DNA from: Takakia lepidozioides
Taxonomy: Eukaryota; Plantae; Bryophyta
Direction of reading: 5' to 3'
Assembly: GCA_030704615.1 (NCBI GenBank)
Contig: CM060731.1
Location: forward strand, 9,548,001-9,612,000
DNA length: 64,000 nt
Part shown: piece after piece, positions 23,879-37,033 of the stretch
How the letters are laid out: the number at the start of each line of letters is the position of its first letter
Position numbering within the stretch: the stretch's first letter is position 1
Position numbers and translations under genes: made by a program
The notes under the pieces: model-generated
Told to the model about the DNA's origin: nothing
The model's database searches: none
Seen by the model: only the letters and a program-made list of their open reading frames with translations

Positions 23879-26800
23879 TCAACAGATCAAAGAAAACCAG
23901 AGATAAGATTGCTGACGCAGAGGTGTTCTCATTGTTGATTGCCCAGGCACATCTATTTTCCAAATGAACCAAAGGACCGAGCTTCTGAGCGACTCGAAGA
24001 TAGGGCAGTCTGTGGCTTTGGATTTTTGGGTTTTGCAATAGTTAAGTAAGATTGTCATGGAACCAAAGTGCAGTGTTTCCCAAGAGCTGTAGAAGCTTTG
24101 CACCATCGGCCAGATGGTTGCTGGAGCCAAATAGTAGAGAAGGCAATGTTCCAGTGTTTCTATTGTCTGGTTTGTGCAACAGTGACACAAGAGCGCATCT
24201 CTGTAGTTCAGAAACAGGCCCACCTTAAGAACCCTGTTTGCCACTGGCCATAAGAATGCACTAATTTTGGCTGGCTTTGATTTATGCCCATATACCCTTC
24301 CAGTTCTCCTGATTGAAATTTTCATGAGCCCATCTGCCGTCCCATTTTGAGATAAGAGGGCTTGCCCCGAGCAACGCTCCATAGCCCATCTTGGCAGTGT
24401 ATGAGAACAGGGAGTGGAGTTCTTCCTGGAAAGCCCATTTCCATTCTGATGGGTCAAGTAGCAAGGTGGAGATGCCAGAATTCCCAAATAAGATGAAAGG
24501 TCCCTTGCTAAGCCAAGTAAGGGTGTTAATCCCTCTGGGTGCAATAGGATTGAATACTTTGTCCGGGGAGGTCCAATGGCAAATACAAACCAGGGTGGTG
24601 TTGGACTTAGGGACTGTGACTAGGTCCTAACTGGATAGACAGAGACGGCCTGAGAGGTCATTTGCTATGAAGCAGAAACCCTTGAACCATTGTTGAGAGA
24701 CTTCGGAAACGTAGAAGACCTGCAGAGAGGGAGGATTGTGCATAACCCATTGACTTGGATGAAGATCACCTTGCCCTGCTCTGAGAATCAGTTTCCAGGT
24801 ATCTGGGATGGAGAGGATGACTTGAGCAATCCCGGATCTAAGGCGGGTGGTCCCTAGAGCTTGCTGTAGCGATAGGGGGGAGCTGACCCAAAGATTAGTG
24901 ATAGTCGATATGCCCCTGGCTTCCCATGCTGCCCATTTCTTTGCTGCTTGTCTTTCCAGAAGAGAGGGGTTCGGTTCATTGAGGAACAAGTGTTGTCTTA
25001 GTGTTTCCTAGAATGTGGAAGGGTCCTGTTTCCTCAAGAATGGCCTGAGGGAATTCCAGGAGTTCCAGATTGAAGACCAAAGAGGGGAACCTGGAGATTT
25101 GTGGTTGAAGCCTTGCAGCAGCCAGCGATTGGATGCAGGCCAAGGGACACGTTGCAAGGGAGAGGAGGAGGAAATGGTGGAGGAGACCATGAGCTTCCAC
25201 CAGCCTCCCTCCGATCGTATGAATCTAGGGATCCATTTTCCTAAAAGAGCCTTGATTTGCAATTCTGGATCCAGAACACCTAGGCCTCCCATTTTTTTTG
25301 GAAGACATATTTGGGCCCAAGATACTTGGGGCCTTTTATTCTGGGTGGAAGACTCCGCTCCCCAGATGAAATTCGTGATTAATCTTTGGATTTCCTTGAT
25401 GAGTTTCGACCCAGGACTCCAAGTTGACGCAAAGTACCAGATCCCTGCCAGCAAGATTTGGTTGGCAACTAATGCCCTGCCAGTGACAGATAAGTGACAG
25501 GACCCCCAGTAGGCCAGGTTGCGTTTGAGCTTCTGAATTGTGGGACCTATTCGCTGCTCTTCTGATAGGTTGATACCGAATGTGTGCCCTAGTAACGTGG
25601 TGGCCTCACCTGAAGTCTTTAAGCCATTGAAGCCCAAGTTGTTGACCCCAGGTAGGGTTGGCTCCTATGGCTGATTTAGATATGTCTCCGAGAAGCATGG
25701 CTTTGGTTTTGGACCAGTTAACTCTAAAACCAGAGACACTGCGGAAGTGAGAGAGTGTACTTTCTGCCGCAATTAGGGAAGGATCGTCAGCTTGAAGCAA
25801 CAGAAATGTGTCATCTACAAACATGGAATCCTTAACCTGTTTGTGGTGGTTATTTATTGGGTTCTGCAGGTAGAGGCCTCTCACTCGAGTGTTATTGTCC
25901 AGCATGTGACCAAGGGTATCAGCTACAAAAAGGAAGAGAAAGGGCGCCAGAGGGCACCCTTGTCTGACCAAGCGTTGTAACAAAAAGGGCTTGGACAGAT
26001 GCCCGTTGATCATGACCTTGCCGGTTGCACCTTGAAGGAGAATTTGAACCCACCGGCGAAAGCCAAGTGGGATGCCTGATTTCTTTAAGACTGCCATGAG
26101 AAAAGACCAATCTACCTTGTCGGAGGCCTTTTCAAAATCCAGGAGCCAGAGGGCCAGTGCCTGGCCGGATTTGCTTGCATAGTGGTTAGCCTCCTGAGCC
26201 ATGAGGACGTTGTCCAGGATGTATCTTCCCTTCACATAGCCTACCTGACCAGACCTGATCATTGAAGGGAGAAGGGGCTGAATGCGGAGCGCTAGGGCCT
26301 TGGCAATGATTTTGTAAACGACATTGAGCAAGGTGATGGGCCTATAGTTGGAAAGGTTAGCTCTGTCACCTTTCTTGAATAACAGTGTTATGACCCCCTG
26401 AGTCATAGAGTCCGGCATATAGCCTTGGGCCTTTATGGCATTGGCCATCTTGCAAAAGTCCTTGGAGATGGTCGACCAGAGAGATTTGAAGAACTCTACT
26501 GGCATACCGTCAATCCCAGGGGCTTTGTTGTTGTTCAGGGCTTTAAGGGCATCCTCTAATTCTTCAGGGGTGAGACTTACCTCTAGATCGAGCACTTCTT
26601 TTGCCTTCAGAGTTGTAGGGATGGTTTGAAGGCAAGCAGCAAGCCTGTCTGGGTAGTCAAGATCCTTTAAGTCTGCCTGAAACAGAGAAGAGAAGTGATT
26701 GAAAGCAGACGCGCACATTTGCCTGGGGTTGGAAGAAGTGTTACCATGGAGATCTGTGTAGAGCTGGGAGATTGTCTGAGTGGCTCTACAGAGCTTCACT

Positions 26801-27986
26801 TTTTGGAAGAAGTATTTGTTCATTTTTTCACCCTTGGTTGACCAGTTTATCCCTGCCTGCATTTTCATTTGTTTTCTTGCTCTATGTGGTAGCAGTCCAG
26901 GTTATGTCGGGCTTCTAGGTATGACTGAAACGTGTGTGCATCGCAGGATTGAGATTCAATTCTCCTTTGGCAGATGCCCAGGCATTTTTGGAGGGCCCTG
27001 ACCTTTCTTTTCTGTGCCTCTGCAATGGCCCGGCTGAGGTCTTGACTGACTTTGCAAGTGGCAGCGAGTTTGTCCTGGAATCTTTGGATTGGGCAAGGGT
27101 TGTGGTTTGCAGCGGAGAGCCAGGCTGTCTTAAGGCCATTAGTGAAGGAAGAGATTCGAAGGTGGGAGGAGTTAAGCCTGTATATCCCTCTTCCTCTAGG
27201 GTGGGAATTGGGTAGAGTGAGGGATGCGGACACTCGTGCATGATCAAAACCTTGGGGAATAGGATCCTGAGGGCATAATCGGGTAGCCTGGGAAAGGGAA
27301 ATTGAGGAGTAGAATCTGTCAAGCCTGGCCATGCAGAGATCATTAATATCTTTATTGTTGGTCCAGGTGATCAAGAAGGGGTTAGCTCCCAACGGGTCTC
27401 TTGGGGGATCTTCTAATTCTGCCAAGCTGTGAGACTGGATTAGAGAGTGCCAGGAGAGGTCTTCTTCAGGGCTTAGGTGAGATGTTGTGCTCCCCATCCT
27501 GTCAGAGTCCTTTTCTACCATGTTGAAATCACCCGCCACAATCCATCTGCAGATGTCACTATCATATGCCATCCGGAGGTTTATCTTGGCCCAGAGATCC
27601 GCTCTGAGAGGAGAATCGTTTGGCGCATAAATATTGATAAAACCTGTAGGGTCAGTGTCATTAGGGAACCTTAGGGAGCAGAACTGGGCTCTCCCCGGTT
27701 CCCAGATCTCATCTTTGATGAGATATTGGTGGATGGAAGGGGATAGAAGGATCGCGGTCCCTCCTCTAGCTCCTTCAATAGAGGGTTTCCAGAGAGCCGA
27801 GGCTTTAGGCCAAAGCTGATTGGTGAGCCTTAGAATTTTCCTGTCACAGAGTTTGTGTTCTTGGAGAAAGACAATAGCCTGAGTAGTGATGAGAGGTGCT
27901 AGCCAGGCTGAGAGCCTGACTTTTTTGAGGGCCATCTGGTCCGAACCTAGGCCCCTGATGTTCTAGGAAGACATGCTAACCTGCAT
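23879..27986 (-). pseudogene. L1 ORF2 (APE endonuclease, RT, zf-RVT), several frameshifts
   Basis: S*NIRGL, FLQEHK, NIYAPN, AGDFN, RLDRFY, KAPGIDG, NYRPITLLN, LDFEKASD, RQGCPLAP, FVDD, CHCC...ETLEHCL. Confidence 0.93.
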
Positions 27987-28439
27987 CGCGGGATGGAGAC
28001 AGGCTGAGGGGATGAGACTCAATTGATGGCCTGGGTGAAGCAAAGAATCGAAACTGCATGCAGGTTCAACTTTTGCCATGCCACTTCCTTTTTTCCCTAA
28101 GTCCACCTACGACATGGGTGCAACAAGCCCCTGGGGGGTGCACTCTTTATAAACTGTGCGTATCACGTGCGTTCGTCGCCTAATAAAAAAACCCCCTGTA
28201 TACGGGTCCTTGGATAATTTATACCCCCTCTGTATATACTTTTTGAAGATTATAAAACCCCCTCCTGTAAATATACAAAAGTTTACAATTTTTAAAAAGT
28301 ACCCCCCTTCTGTATGTATATTCTCATTTTCCATCATTAAAAATAACCCTCCAATATGTATATGTATGTTTTTATATTATATCGAATTTATTCATTTAAA
28401 ACATAATAAAATCTAACAAATTAATTAAAAAAATTATTT

Positions 28440-31400
28440 GTCTTTGATAAAGTTGTCAAAGACTTTTCGGTCATTTGCATCAAGTACATATGTGTTTGAT
28501 TTGACATTGTACTTTAAACATGCTAACGCGATAATGGAATCCAAATCAACCATCATGTTATCCGTCAATCGTACGTATAGACCCTTCCTCAAAAAATTTG
28601 GTACCATGCTAACCCAATCTCCATATGAGAAGGACGCTCCAATAAATCAACAGAATCCCTACATTCTACAAACCGCTTATTGATTTTCTTCCGCATTCTT
28701 TGAACCCTGCCCAAATACCAAGTGCCTTTGGTTGCTCCTCTGTAGGTTTTCCCTGGTCTGCCTTTCCTGTTTGTAGTTTGGATCGCAGTCTCCTCATCAA
28801 CAAAAAATACAGCACAATCCGAACCCAATCCCAAGCTCGTGGCTTTGTTGCTGGTAGTTGGTTTGTTTTCTCGGCAAAACAACATCGATGCACTTCTTAC
28901 TCATGTCAATCTATCATTGGATAGAGTAGGGTTGCCATTGAGTTGGCTAACCAAAGTGCTTTTGAATATGGTCTTCCCGTCTACTTTGACAAATGGAACC
29001 ACCGCCTTCGATCCATCTTTCTCTTGTTCAAACTCATCAATGACAGCATCCAGAGTATGTCTCAATTCACTTTGAACAAGTACCTCTTCCGCATGATCAT
29101 CCAAAGGTTGGCTCAAAACATCCTCCATTGAATTCGAAGGCCCGCACACCAATTCATCTTCCACGACCTCATTTTGAATATGTGTGTCTACATTAAGAGG
29201 ACAAATAGAATCTATGGCATCGACATCATCACCCTCCTCTTCTATGCTTTTGAATAGTTCGGCCTCCATTTGTCTCTCAATTGTCCATGGCTCATTCCAC
29301 CAATCCAAGTTTGTCGCTTTGTTTGATTTCATCCCAAGTTTATGGCATAAAAGTTGCGCTTCTAGAAATCTAGTTTTCAAAGCCTCCACAATGCAATCAT
29401 CCGATTGGACAGTAGAAAAGTCGGACAAATCAGCAAGGGGGATACCTGACTTCTTCTCCAAAGATAACCAAATGTGTTATTGTTTCTTGTGAGCTCTTGA
29501 GAACTTGGGTCCTTTTGGATTCACCTCGAACTTGGATATGTGTGTTAATGCTCTTGCACTCTCAATCAAATCACACCCGTCATATGTCCTCTCATTCCGT
29601 AACATACCTCCCACTTTGCTGAAGAATATTTCACACACATCTGAACCAACAAGGCTCAAAGGAACTTGCACATGATTAAACTTATCCTTGAACAATTTGA
29701 TAAGTAGAACCACGTAGTGGCATGAAATTTGTAAATCCAAGTATGCTTCCCTACTAATGAAGAAGGATTTCAGATTATACACCTCGTGGTGGAATAGCCA
29801 CAACTTCCACAATCTGAAAAGAAAACGATACCTTCGCAGCAGATTGTACCCTCTCACACAATGACATGTGAGGAGACAAAAAAATGTCGATGTAGCATTA
29901 TGAAGTCTTGATTATGGAGTCCGTATATATCTCCCCCGTTGCACACTCGACCTGTAAACAACCATCCTTCCCAAGGGATGCAAAATCTACTTCCAGCCCC
30001 ATTGGCATAATCTTCTAACATCACTTTTCTCCTCCTACTATCTCCGTCTGAAGCATGCCCAATTATAGGCCCAACCACGTCCCTCACATATTTGTCCCAC
30101 AACTGTCTCACCACTTCCCATTGTGATCTCACAAAATTGTTGTCAAATCTATTGCAAGTGAGCTGGATTACCAATACCAATCGAGGTAACCGTACATGTA
30201 GAGGATTTGCTATCAACACTCTGGCGTAATGGGCAACCACATTGTTTTTGAATGCCTCCACAATATATTCGTACCCTGATTCCCCTTCTCCCACTTGCAC
30301 CACAAAATTTGAAATACATACATGGTTGTCTTGAAGCCCACAAAACCCGAGAAGGGTGTCATCCCTAGCAATCCAACGTACCAATCGCTTCACAACAATT
30401 TCATCTTCGGCCACCATCACTGGGATGCTTCCCATTGGAATATTTGCATCTTCCATCACATCTCTGTAAATTCCAGCCACATGCTGAAATATATCATCCG
30501 TTTCTCCCGCTCTATACTTCAAACCTTTCCTCAAAGACCGTCTTGTAGTATCAATAGAAGGACCCCCCACATTTGAAGCCAAAAAATGATGCAATCTCGG
30601 ACCCCCCCAAAGCTACACAGTCTCAAACATTGTTTTTGTGCTAGTACCATACCTCTTCCCTTGTGGAGACCTGTCAATATTCTTGCCCATATCAACAAGA
30701 AAATCCCACAAACTTTCTTTTCCTTCAAAATCCCCCCTCCTATGTGCATCAACAATATCACGACAAAATTTGAGAACATCTCCTCTTTCAATTGCCTCAA
30801 TCCCAGACTCCTTCAAACTCCTACATCGCACAGACAAGGATGTCACTTTGGTCCTGGCCTCCCACAATTTGAACCTCAACTGCCTCAACTCCTGTCTGTT
30901 TTTGTAAACTTGTTTGACAATCTCGGCATTTCCAAGATATGACAACCTTCTTCCCTTGCCAGTATCTCTCTCCCCTCTACATTCCATGGCACCTCTCTCT
31001 ATATATACCCTCATTCTGAAGTCATTTTCCAAGGGAATGGAAGAACATGCTGAACACCTCAAGTTTGGAAATGGCTCCCCATCCAATGATACTCTAAAAC
31101 AATCCGCGTGCCGAAACGTACCAACAACCTTATGCTCTTGATTATTTAGAGTGATGGTTGCATGTGTCAACGGCTCGACATACCACTTCTTTCCTCCCTT
31201 GCTATCTTGAAGGAATGGTTTCAGACTTATTCTCTTGTGGTTGTACTCTCACCATTCATCCCATAGGCCCCAACACAAACTGTCTCTTCCTTTGTTGCAT
31301 TGGGATCTTTGCCGTAATTGTCAATCCTCAATCAGATTTGCCCGTTGGGCAGCGTCAACACAAGCGTATGGAGTTTGTGACGAGGATGCTCCCATTGTTG

Positions 31401-32523
31401 ATGCCACAATTGGATTGTCAAGTGGTGGGGACGGCAACACGGGTTGACTAACCAAGATAGAGCTTAGATCCCGTTGCTTTATATCTTTGGCAATCATAGG
31501 CTTTGGAGGCCTTCAACCTTCTGGCAAATCTCTGCATCGACATGAGTTTTTCCTTTCACATGCTCTGTCAAAGAAGATTGCAAAGAACCTGTCCTTGGAA
31601 ACAAGAGTAGCCACTTCGAATCAAGTACCTAATCCTTATGGAACCCAACTGCGAATAGTTTCCAATTGTGGCTTCCACAATCTCAAATCTGTTTCCAGGA
31701 TTGTCCTCACAAAACCGAGCGACTTCCTCTAATGCCTCCTTCACCCTGTTCTTCTTTGCGTCTAATGCTTCATCTGCATTTACAGGGCTGATGACACATT
31801 GTGATGAACCCTTCCCATGACGCCTCTCATAGGCTATGCCATGCCCCTCACTCTCAAATGAGATCTCATAAAGTTTGCACATGCATCATATGGTTTGTTT
31901 TTCCCAGACCGTGCATAAACATCCTCACACTCAACACACCATATGTGGAACATTGCTTGTCCTTGTTGATCCTTTGTCATCAGCTCAAACTTGTCACATC
32001 GTCCTTCTGCAGAGATTTTCCTTTCAACGGCTCTAATCTCTTTCTGCCATTTTTGAATATCGTTGGATGTAGCCAACGTGCTGCACAATCTACCAGATCT
32101 CTGCTGAAGTGCATGCTCATGTGCATGGTCTTCATTTCCACCATCGCCAGCAAAGGGTGTATCAGGGTCCATCCTCATCTTGGTAGACACTGGTGCTGGG
32201 TCCTCGCCTGGTCTGTCCTCATGCAAGATCGTAGAACCACTGGAAGATAGAGGTCTTTTCAATCCTTGGTCCCCATCATTTTGGTCTGAAATCTTAATGT
32301 GTACAGTATCCCCTTTCAGAACCATCCTCTCTTCCTGCTTGGCTGAAAGGACACTACCCCCCATGGAAAGGAAATGAAATTTTGCTGAGACAAGCTCATC
32401 ACCTAGAATTTCTGCTCGGATGCATTTGTATGTGACACCTTGCATAGTGAACACAGAACCAAGCCTATTTGGTGATGCATCTCCTCCAACGAGCAGGACT
32501 TTTACTTCCAACTCTTCTTCCAT
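28440..32523 (-). pseudogene. P-like transposase of copy B, disrupted
   Basis: ORF pieces match copy A, plus an N-terminal part with GKRYGTSTKTMF...GGPRLHHFLASNVGGPSIDTTRR (HTH region as in P/THAP9). Contains stops, frameshifts and a ~290-bp deletion near 29900. Confidence 0.8.
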
Positions 32524-33179
32524 GATGAGTTCACCTGCAAAATGCAATGAAAACATTTCAAATCAGACCTTGATAGACCAATAACAAAGCACCCGGGTTG
32601 GAAGGTTCCAAAGTCCTATTTTATACAGCCCTATAGGCTGTCCAAGCAGGGACTACGTTGATAAGAAGATGAAATGTGTACAGAAGCAAGTACCTGATTG
32701 ATGAGTTTGACGCTGCTAATTCTTGCTGCTGCTATTGACCAAGTGCTGCTACTTCCACTGCTGGTAGCCCTCTTGGGTGATCCTGAACCCACAGTCCATC
32801 CTTGCATCAGCGGCTACCCCTCCCTCCACACTAACATATTTAAATACAAATTTCTGTCAAACTCCCTACGATGTTGCATGAAGAAAGCTCACATTGTTGA
32901 CAATATTGTCCCACCACTGTGGATCATATTTATAGAACTCCTGCCAGCGCTGTTCCTTGCTCCAAATCTGGCCCTCTTGGATGATTTTGCACCCACGATC
33001 CTCTCCCTGCATCAACAGCTACCCCTCCCTCCACACTAACAATGCGTACATCATGCCTCTGCAGCTGCTACAGTGGCTTCCAGTTGATCATCTACCCATG
33101 CAGGTTTCTTGTAGCTATCCTTCCACATGGAATCATAGGTAATCTGGAGCTTGGAATCCGGCCATCTGGAAATTTAGGG

Positions 33180-34860
33180 ACGACTCTGATAACAGGGAAA
33201 AACAGGCTGAAATGTGTTGAAGAAGGTACCTTCATTAGCAGTCCCTTGTTCTATCAATTGCGCTGCTGCCGCTGCTATTTCCAGTTGACCATCTACTCAC
33301 ATTGTCCCACCACTGACTGGGGTCAGAAAAGTATTCATTCCTTGAAAGCTTCTCTCCATCTCTGTTATCGTTTTTTAGGTACTGTCATGCTGCCACCTCG
33401 GCAGTAACTTGCAAAGTCACTCCAAAGCACCGCAGATCCACCCAACGAGCTAACTTACAGAATTCAATACATATGCTTCAGGGCTGAGTCTGATGAGAGG
33501 GAAAAACAGGTTGAAACAGGTCAAACCAGAAGGTGCCCTCAGGCTGAAATGTGTTGAAGAAGGTACCTTCATCAGCAGTGCCTTGCTCTATCAATTGCGC
33601 TGTTGCCGCTGCTGTTTCCAGTTGACCATCCACCCACATTGTCCCACCATTGACTGGGGTCAGAAAAGTGTCTCACTCCAAAGCTTCTCTTCATCTCTGT
33701 GGTGCTATTGCAGGGTGACTTCAATGCCCAAGTGGGCAAAGGGCTCCATCAGGACGATATCATTGGGTCTTCTGGTGAGGACGAGCTGAATTCTAATGGC
33801 AGACGGTTAATTAACTGTCTGGAAGAGCTTCAGCTTTTGACCTTGAATAACAAGACAAGAGGTGACCAAGTGTAGTGGACTCGTGAGAAATCCCAAACTG
33901 GGGACGTTCCATTGTGGACTATATCATAATGGACAAAAATTTGTTCCCCCAGTGTGCCAATGTGTTGATCGACAGAACTGATATTGGTACCTCTGACCAC
34001 TTCCTGGTTTGGACTGAGATCAGAAGGTGTTTTCCCAACACCAGAGTAGAAGAGATTCTCAAGGACTTGGACCTGGATCCGCAAGTCTTGACCCTGCTAG
34101 ATAAATCCGACTTAGAGGCTGTAGTGTCCAAAGCCATGTCTGTTGCCATGAGATTGTCTGATGAAAATGAAGTTAGGCAGAAAACTTCCCTGAACTTGTT
34201 TCTAGTCAGTGACATGGGGGAGGACATCTTGGATGAGCTCAAGGGTCCACCCACTCTCGGCACTAGACTGAAATTTAAACTCAGGGAAGGAAGCCTACCT
34301 TTGAACAGCAAACAGAAGCAGAGAGGAAAGGGGGAGTGCACTTCCCATTGTGTGGGCAATCTGAAGACAATATTCATTTTCTGATACACTGTCCGGGGTT
34401 CTCTCACCAAAGAGACGCTCTCTTCAAATCTATCAAGGGAATTGTGCCTGTACCCCTATTTACCAACTTTGAAAGTCTTGAGGCTGAGCCAAAAGCCCAG
34501 GCCCTCCTGAGGCCTAGTTTTTGGGAAATCACACACTGTAGCCCCTGACAGAGGTAGGTTCTGTCCCTTTTGTTCCCGCTCAAACTGTGCGCGGGGTCAA
34601 TGGCCACAAGGCTACGGCAAACAACGTCTTATGAGTACAATCTGTTATCTGTTTTTGTGTACTTTCCTGCTGCCACCTCGGCAGTAACTTGCAAAGTCAT
34701 TCCAAACCACCACAGATCATCCCAATGAGCTAATGAGTCTGATGAGAGGGAAAAACAGGCTGAAATAGGTCGAAGAAGAAGGTGCCCTCACCACAAATGT
34801 GTTGAAGAAGGTACCTTTATCAGTAGTCCTTGTTCTACAACCGTTGTTGCCGTTGCTGTA
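33180..34860. repeat. ~340-bp tandem units inside transposon B; the second unit is interrupted by the LINE
   Basis: AAATGTGTTGAAGAAGGTACCTT at ~33210, 33547 and 34795; GCTGCCACCTCGGCAGTAACTTGCAAAGTCA at ~33388 and 34669. Confidence 0.8.
33701..34640 (+). mobile_element. Internally deleted RTE/RTEX-like LINE nested in transposon B
   Basis: Endonuclease piece (GDFNAQVG...NSNG, VDYII, SDHFLV) joined at ~34042 to the C-terminal and 3' end region. Short duplication TCTGT at 33696-33700 and 34641-34645. Confidence 0.8.
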
Positions 34861-37033
34861 ACCTTTAAAGGAAGCCAACCCTGCTCAGAAATCAGGCTGA
34901 CAAGGAGAGTGGCTTACACAAACAGTAACATCTGACCCTGAAAACCCCTCTGTCTTCCTTGCCAAGTCCTCAAAATCACGCTCTGTCAAACTGTTAGGTG
35001 TATCTCCCAAGTGAACCTGCATCATTCAGTTGGCAAACAAGTGTCTGAAAAATTGATCTATTTGAAGACACCACGGTGCAGCTGAGCACGTCCTGACATG
35101 ACAACAATTAAACATCATACTGAGACAAGAGAAGCAGTCAAGGACACAGTCATGCATATGGCAGCAAGTGATCACCCTTCAAACATGATTGAAAACATAC
35201 ATGAGGTCAAAGGCAATAAGAAATCAGCGAAGGGTACTGCAGCTAAGAGTTGGAGTGTCTTTAAAGACAAAGGGAAGTGAAGGAAACACTTCACTGGCAA
35301 TGAGGGGAGGCTGTGGAAACGCCAAGAGGATGGCACAAATGATAGAAATAACAGGGTTGGGCAAAGGATCCTGCAGGAAGAAGAAAGGGTATGTCAGCAT
35401 GGAAAGGACGTGCAGCTCATTCCAACGGAAAGGGGTACATTCGTGCAGTTAAGTACAACAACCAATTGCCCTTCAATTATGGCTGGAATTTTCCAAAAGG
35501 CGAGGGATGATAATGAGGAGGATAGGCCTGATATAGTGAGTTGCTTAGGGGCAATGAAACAACTTTCTTTTGAAGAAATCAGCAATTACACAAGCAAGGG
35601 AAGGAAACTATAGTCCTTGTATGTGAAAGGAGGGTAATACGGTGCAAGTGCAAAAGGAAGGGAGGCACAAGGATGTCACTTACTGCTAATTGGGATATGC
35701 TAGAGATCACAAGAAGGGAACAGGGGTACCCAGTAAGCAGAAGAGCAGCTGAGCAGGTGTGGGATGACCTTCGGGCTGCAGACACAACGGCGAACCAAGC
35801 AACTGTCACTACAACTAAAGATACGAGTAAGTGGAGCAACATGATGGCAGCATGGAATATCTGCCGAGGGATGTTGGTTGACAAGGAGCTGCGACATATG
35901 GTGAATGAGGAGAGAGACCTGTCCCGAATCAACATGGTTCAAACACGATCCGAAAGATGTAAAGAAAAGGTGCATTTGAAGGAGAAGGGTATTATTTTCA
36001 GACTGGTGAAGAGCCTAATTACACAAGGGAAGAACGAGAAGGCAAGCAGGGCAAAATCTCACAAGCGGAAATGCAACGGCAAACGGCGAAAGTAGAACAT
36101 ACACGACGAGCACTGGAGAACATACCCATGAAACGTCAAGCATGAGCACCACGTGCAGTGAAGGGAAGAATGTATGGGGGGCAGCAGTTATAACTGAACT
36201 ACAAACGCGATTGCTGCACTCAGTGACGGAAGAATACGTAGGAGTGAAGAAACTGCCATCTGTGTTTATCTATGGACATTGGACACAAAAGAAAGGATGT
36301 TGGGCGCACTGGCGCTACGTTACCCACACTACAACGATCTGCCTGACGATCTGGTGGAACACATGACCGGAAGATTGAGGCAGAGAATAATTGCAATTCA
36401 TGGAAAACCAAAAGACAACAGGTGTCGACAGATTGCGGAGCTAGTGGAGCTCACTGATGACTAGGCAGCAAGGTGAAGGATGATGGAGGAAGAGATCACG
36501 CTAATTCATGAGCTTCAAAGCACATTGCGGGACAATGTAGGTTCAGCACAGAAGGCACAGCAACGAGCCTATGCAGCAAGGCATTCAAAGGGAAATGAGC
36601 TTACTGAAATAGGTCGAAGAAGAAGGTGCCCTCACCACATTGTCCTACCATGCCCTGTGGAGAGGAGGGGAGAGGATAGGAGGGAAAAGAGAAAGTCCGC
36701 AGAAGGGAAGGCGAACGCGGGAGAGGAGGAGAAAGAAAAGAGAAAGCCGCGGGAGGTCAGGGGAGAAAGATCGTGGAGCGAAAAAAAAAAAACAAACAAA
36801 CAAAACAACGATCCCGCGATTTGATCCCGCGGTGCATCGTGGCGTAAACGTCATTCTTACCACTACACTATCCCTTAAAACTCAACAACCCCCTCCTGTA
36901 AAATTATATTTAAGGTGTTTTAAACCCCCTTCTGTATGTATAATGTTGTACATGGGGGGGTTTAAAATACCCCCTCCTGTGCACGCACGTGGCTGGTACA
37001 TTTAATGAGGAGTGCACCCCCCAGGAACAAGCC

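Larger units (their letters stand above)
28130..37025 (-). mobile_element. P-superfamily DNA transposon, copy B, both ends present (8.9 kb)
   Basis: Perfect 16-bp TIR CCTGGGGGGTGCACTC (28130-28145) / GAGTGCACCCCCCAGG (37010-37025). 8-bp TSD AACAAGCC (28122-28129 and 37026-37033). Confidence 0.93.

Noticed and set aside
33485-33510. CTGATGA...GAAA resembling a hammerhead ribozyme core (also ~34738)
   Set aside because: No pairable stem II or flanking stems, and the copy at ~2648 lacks the core.
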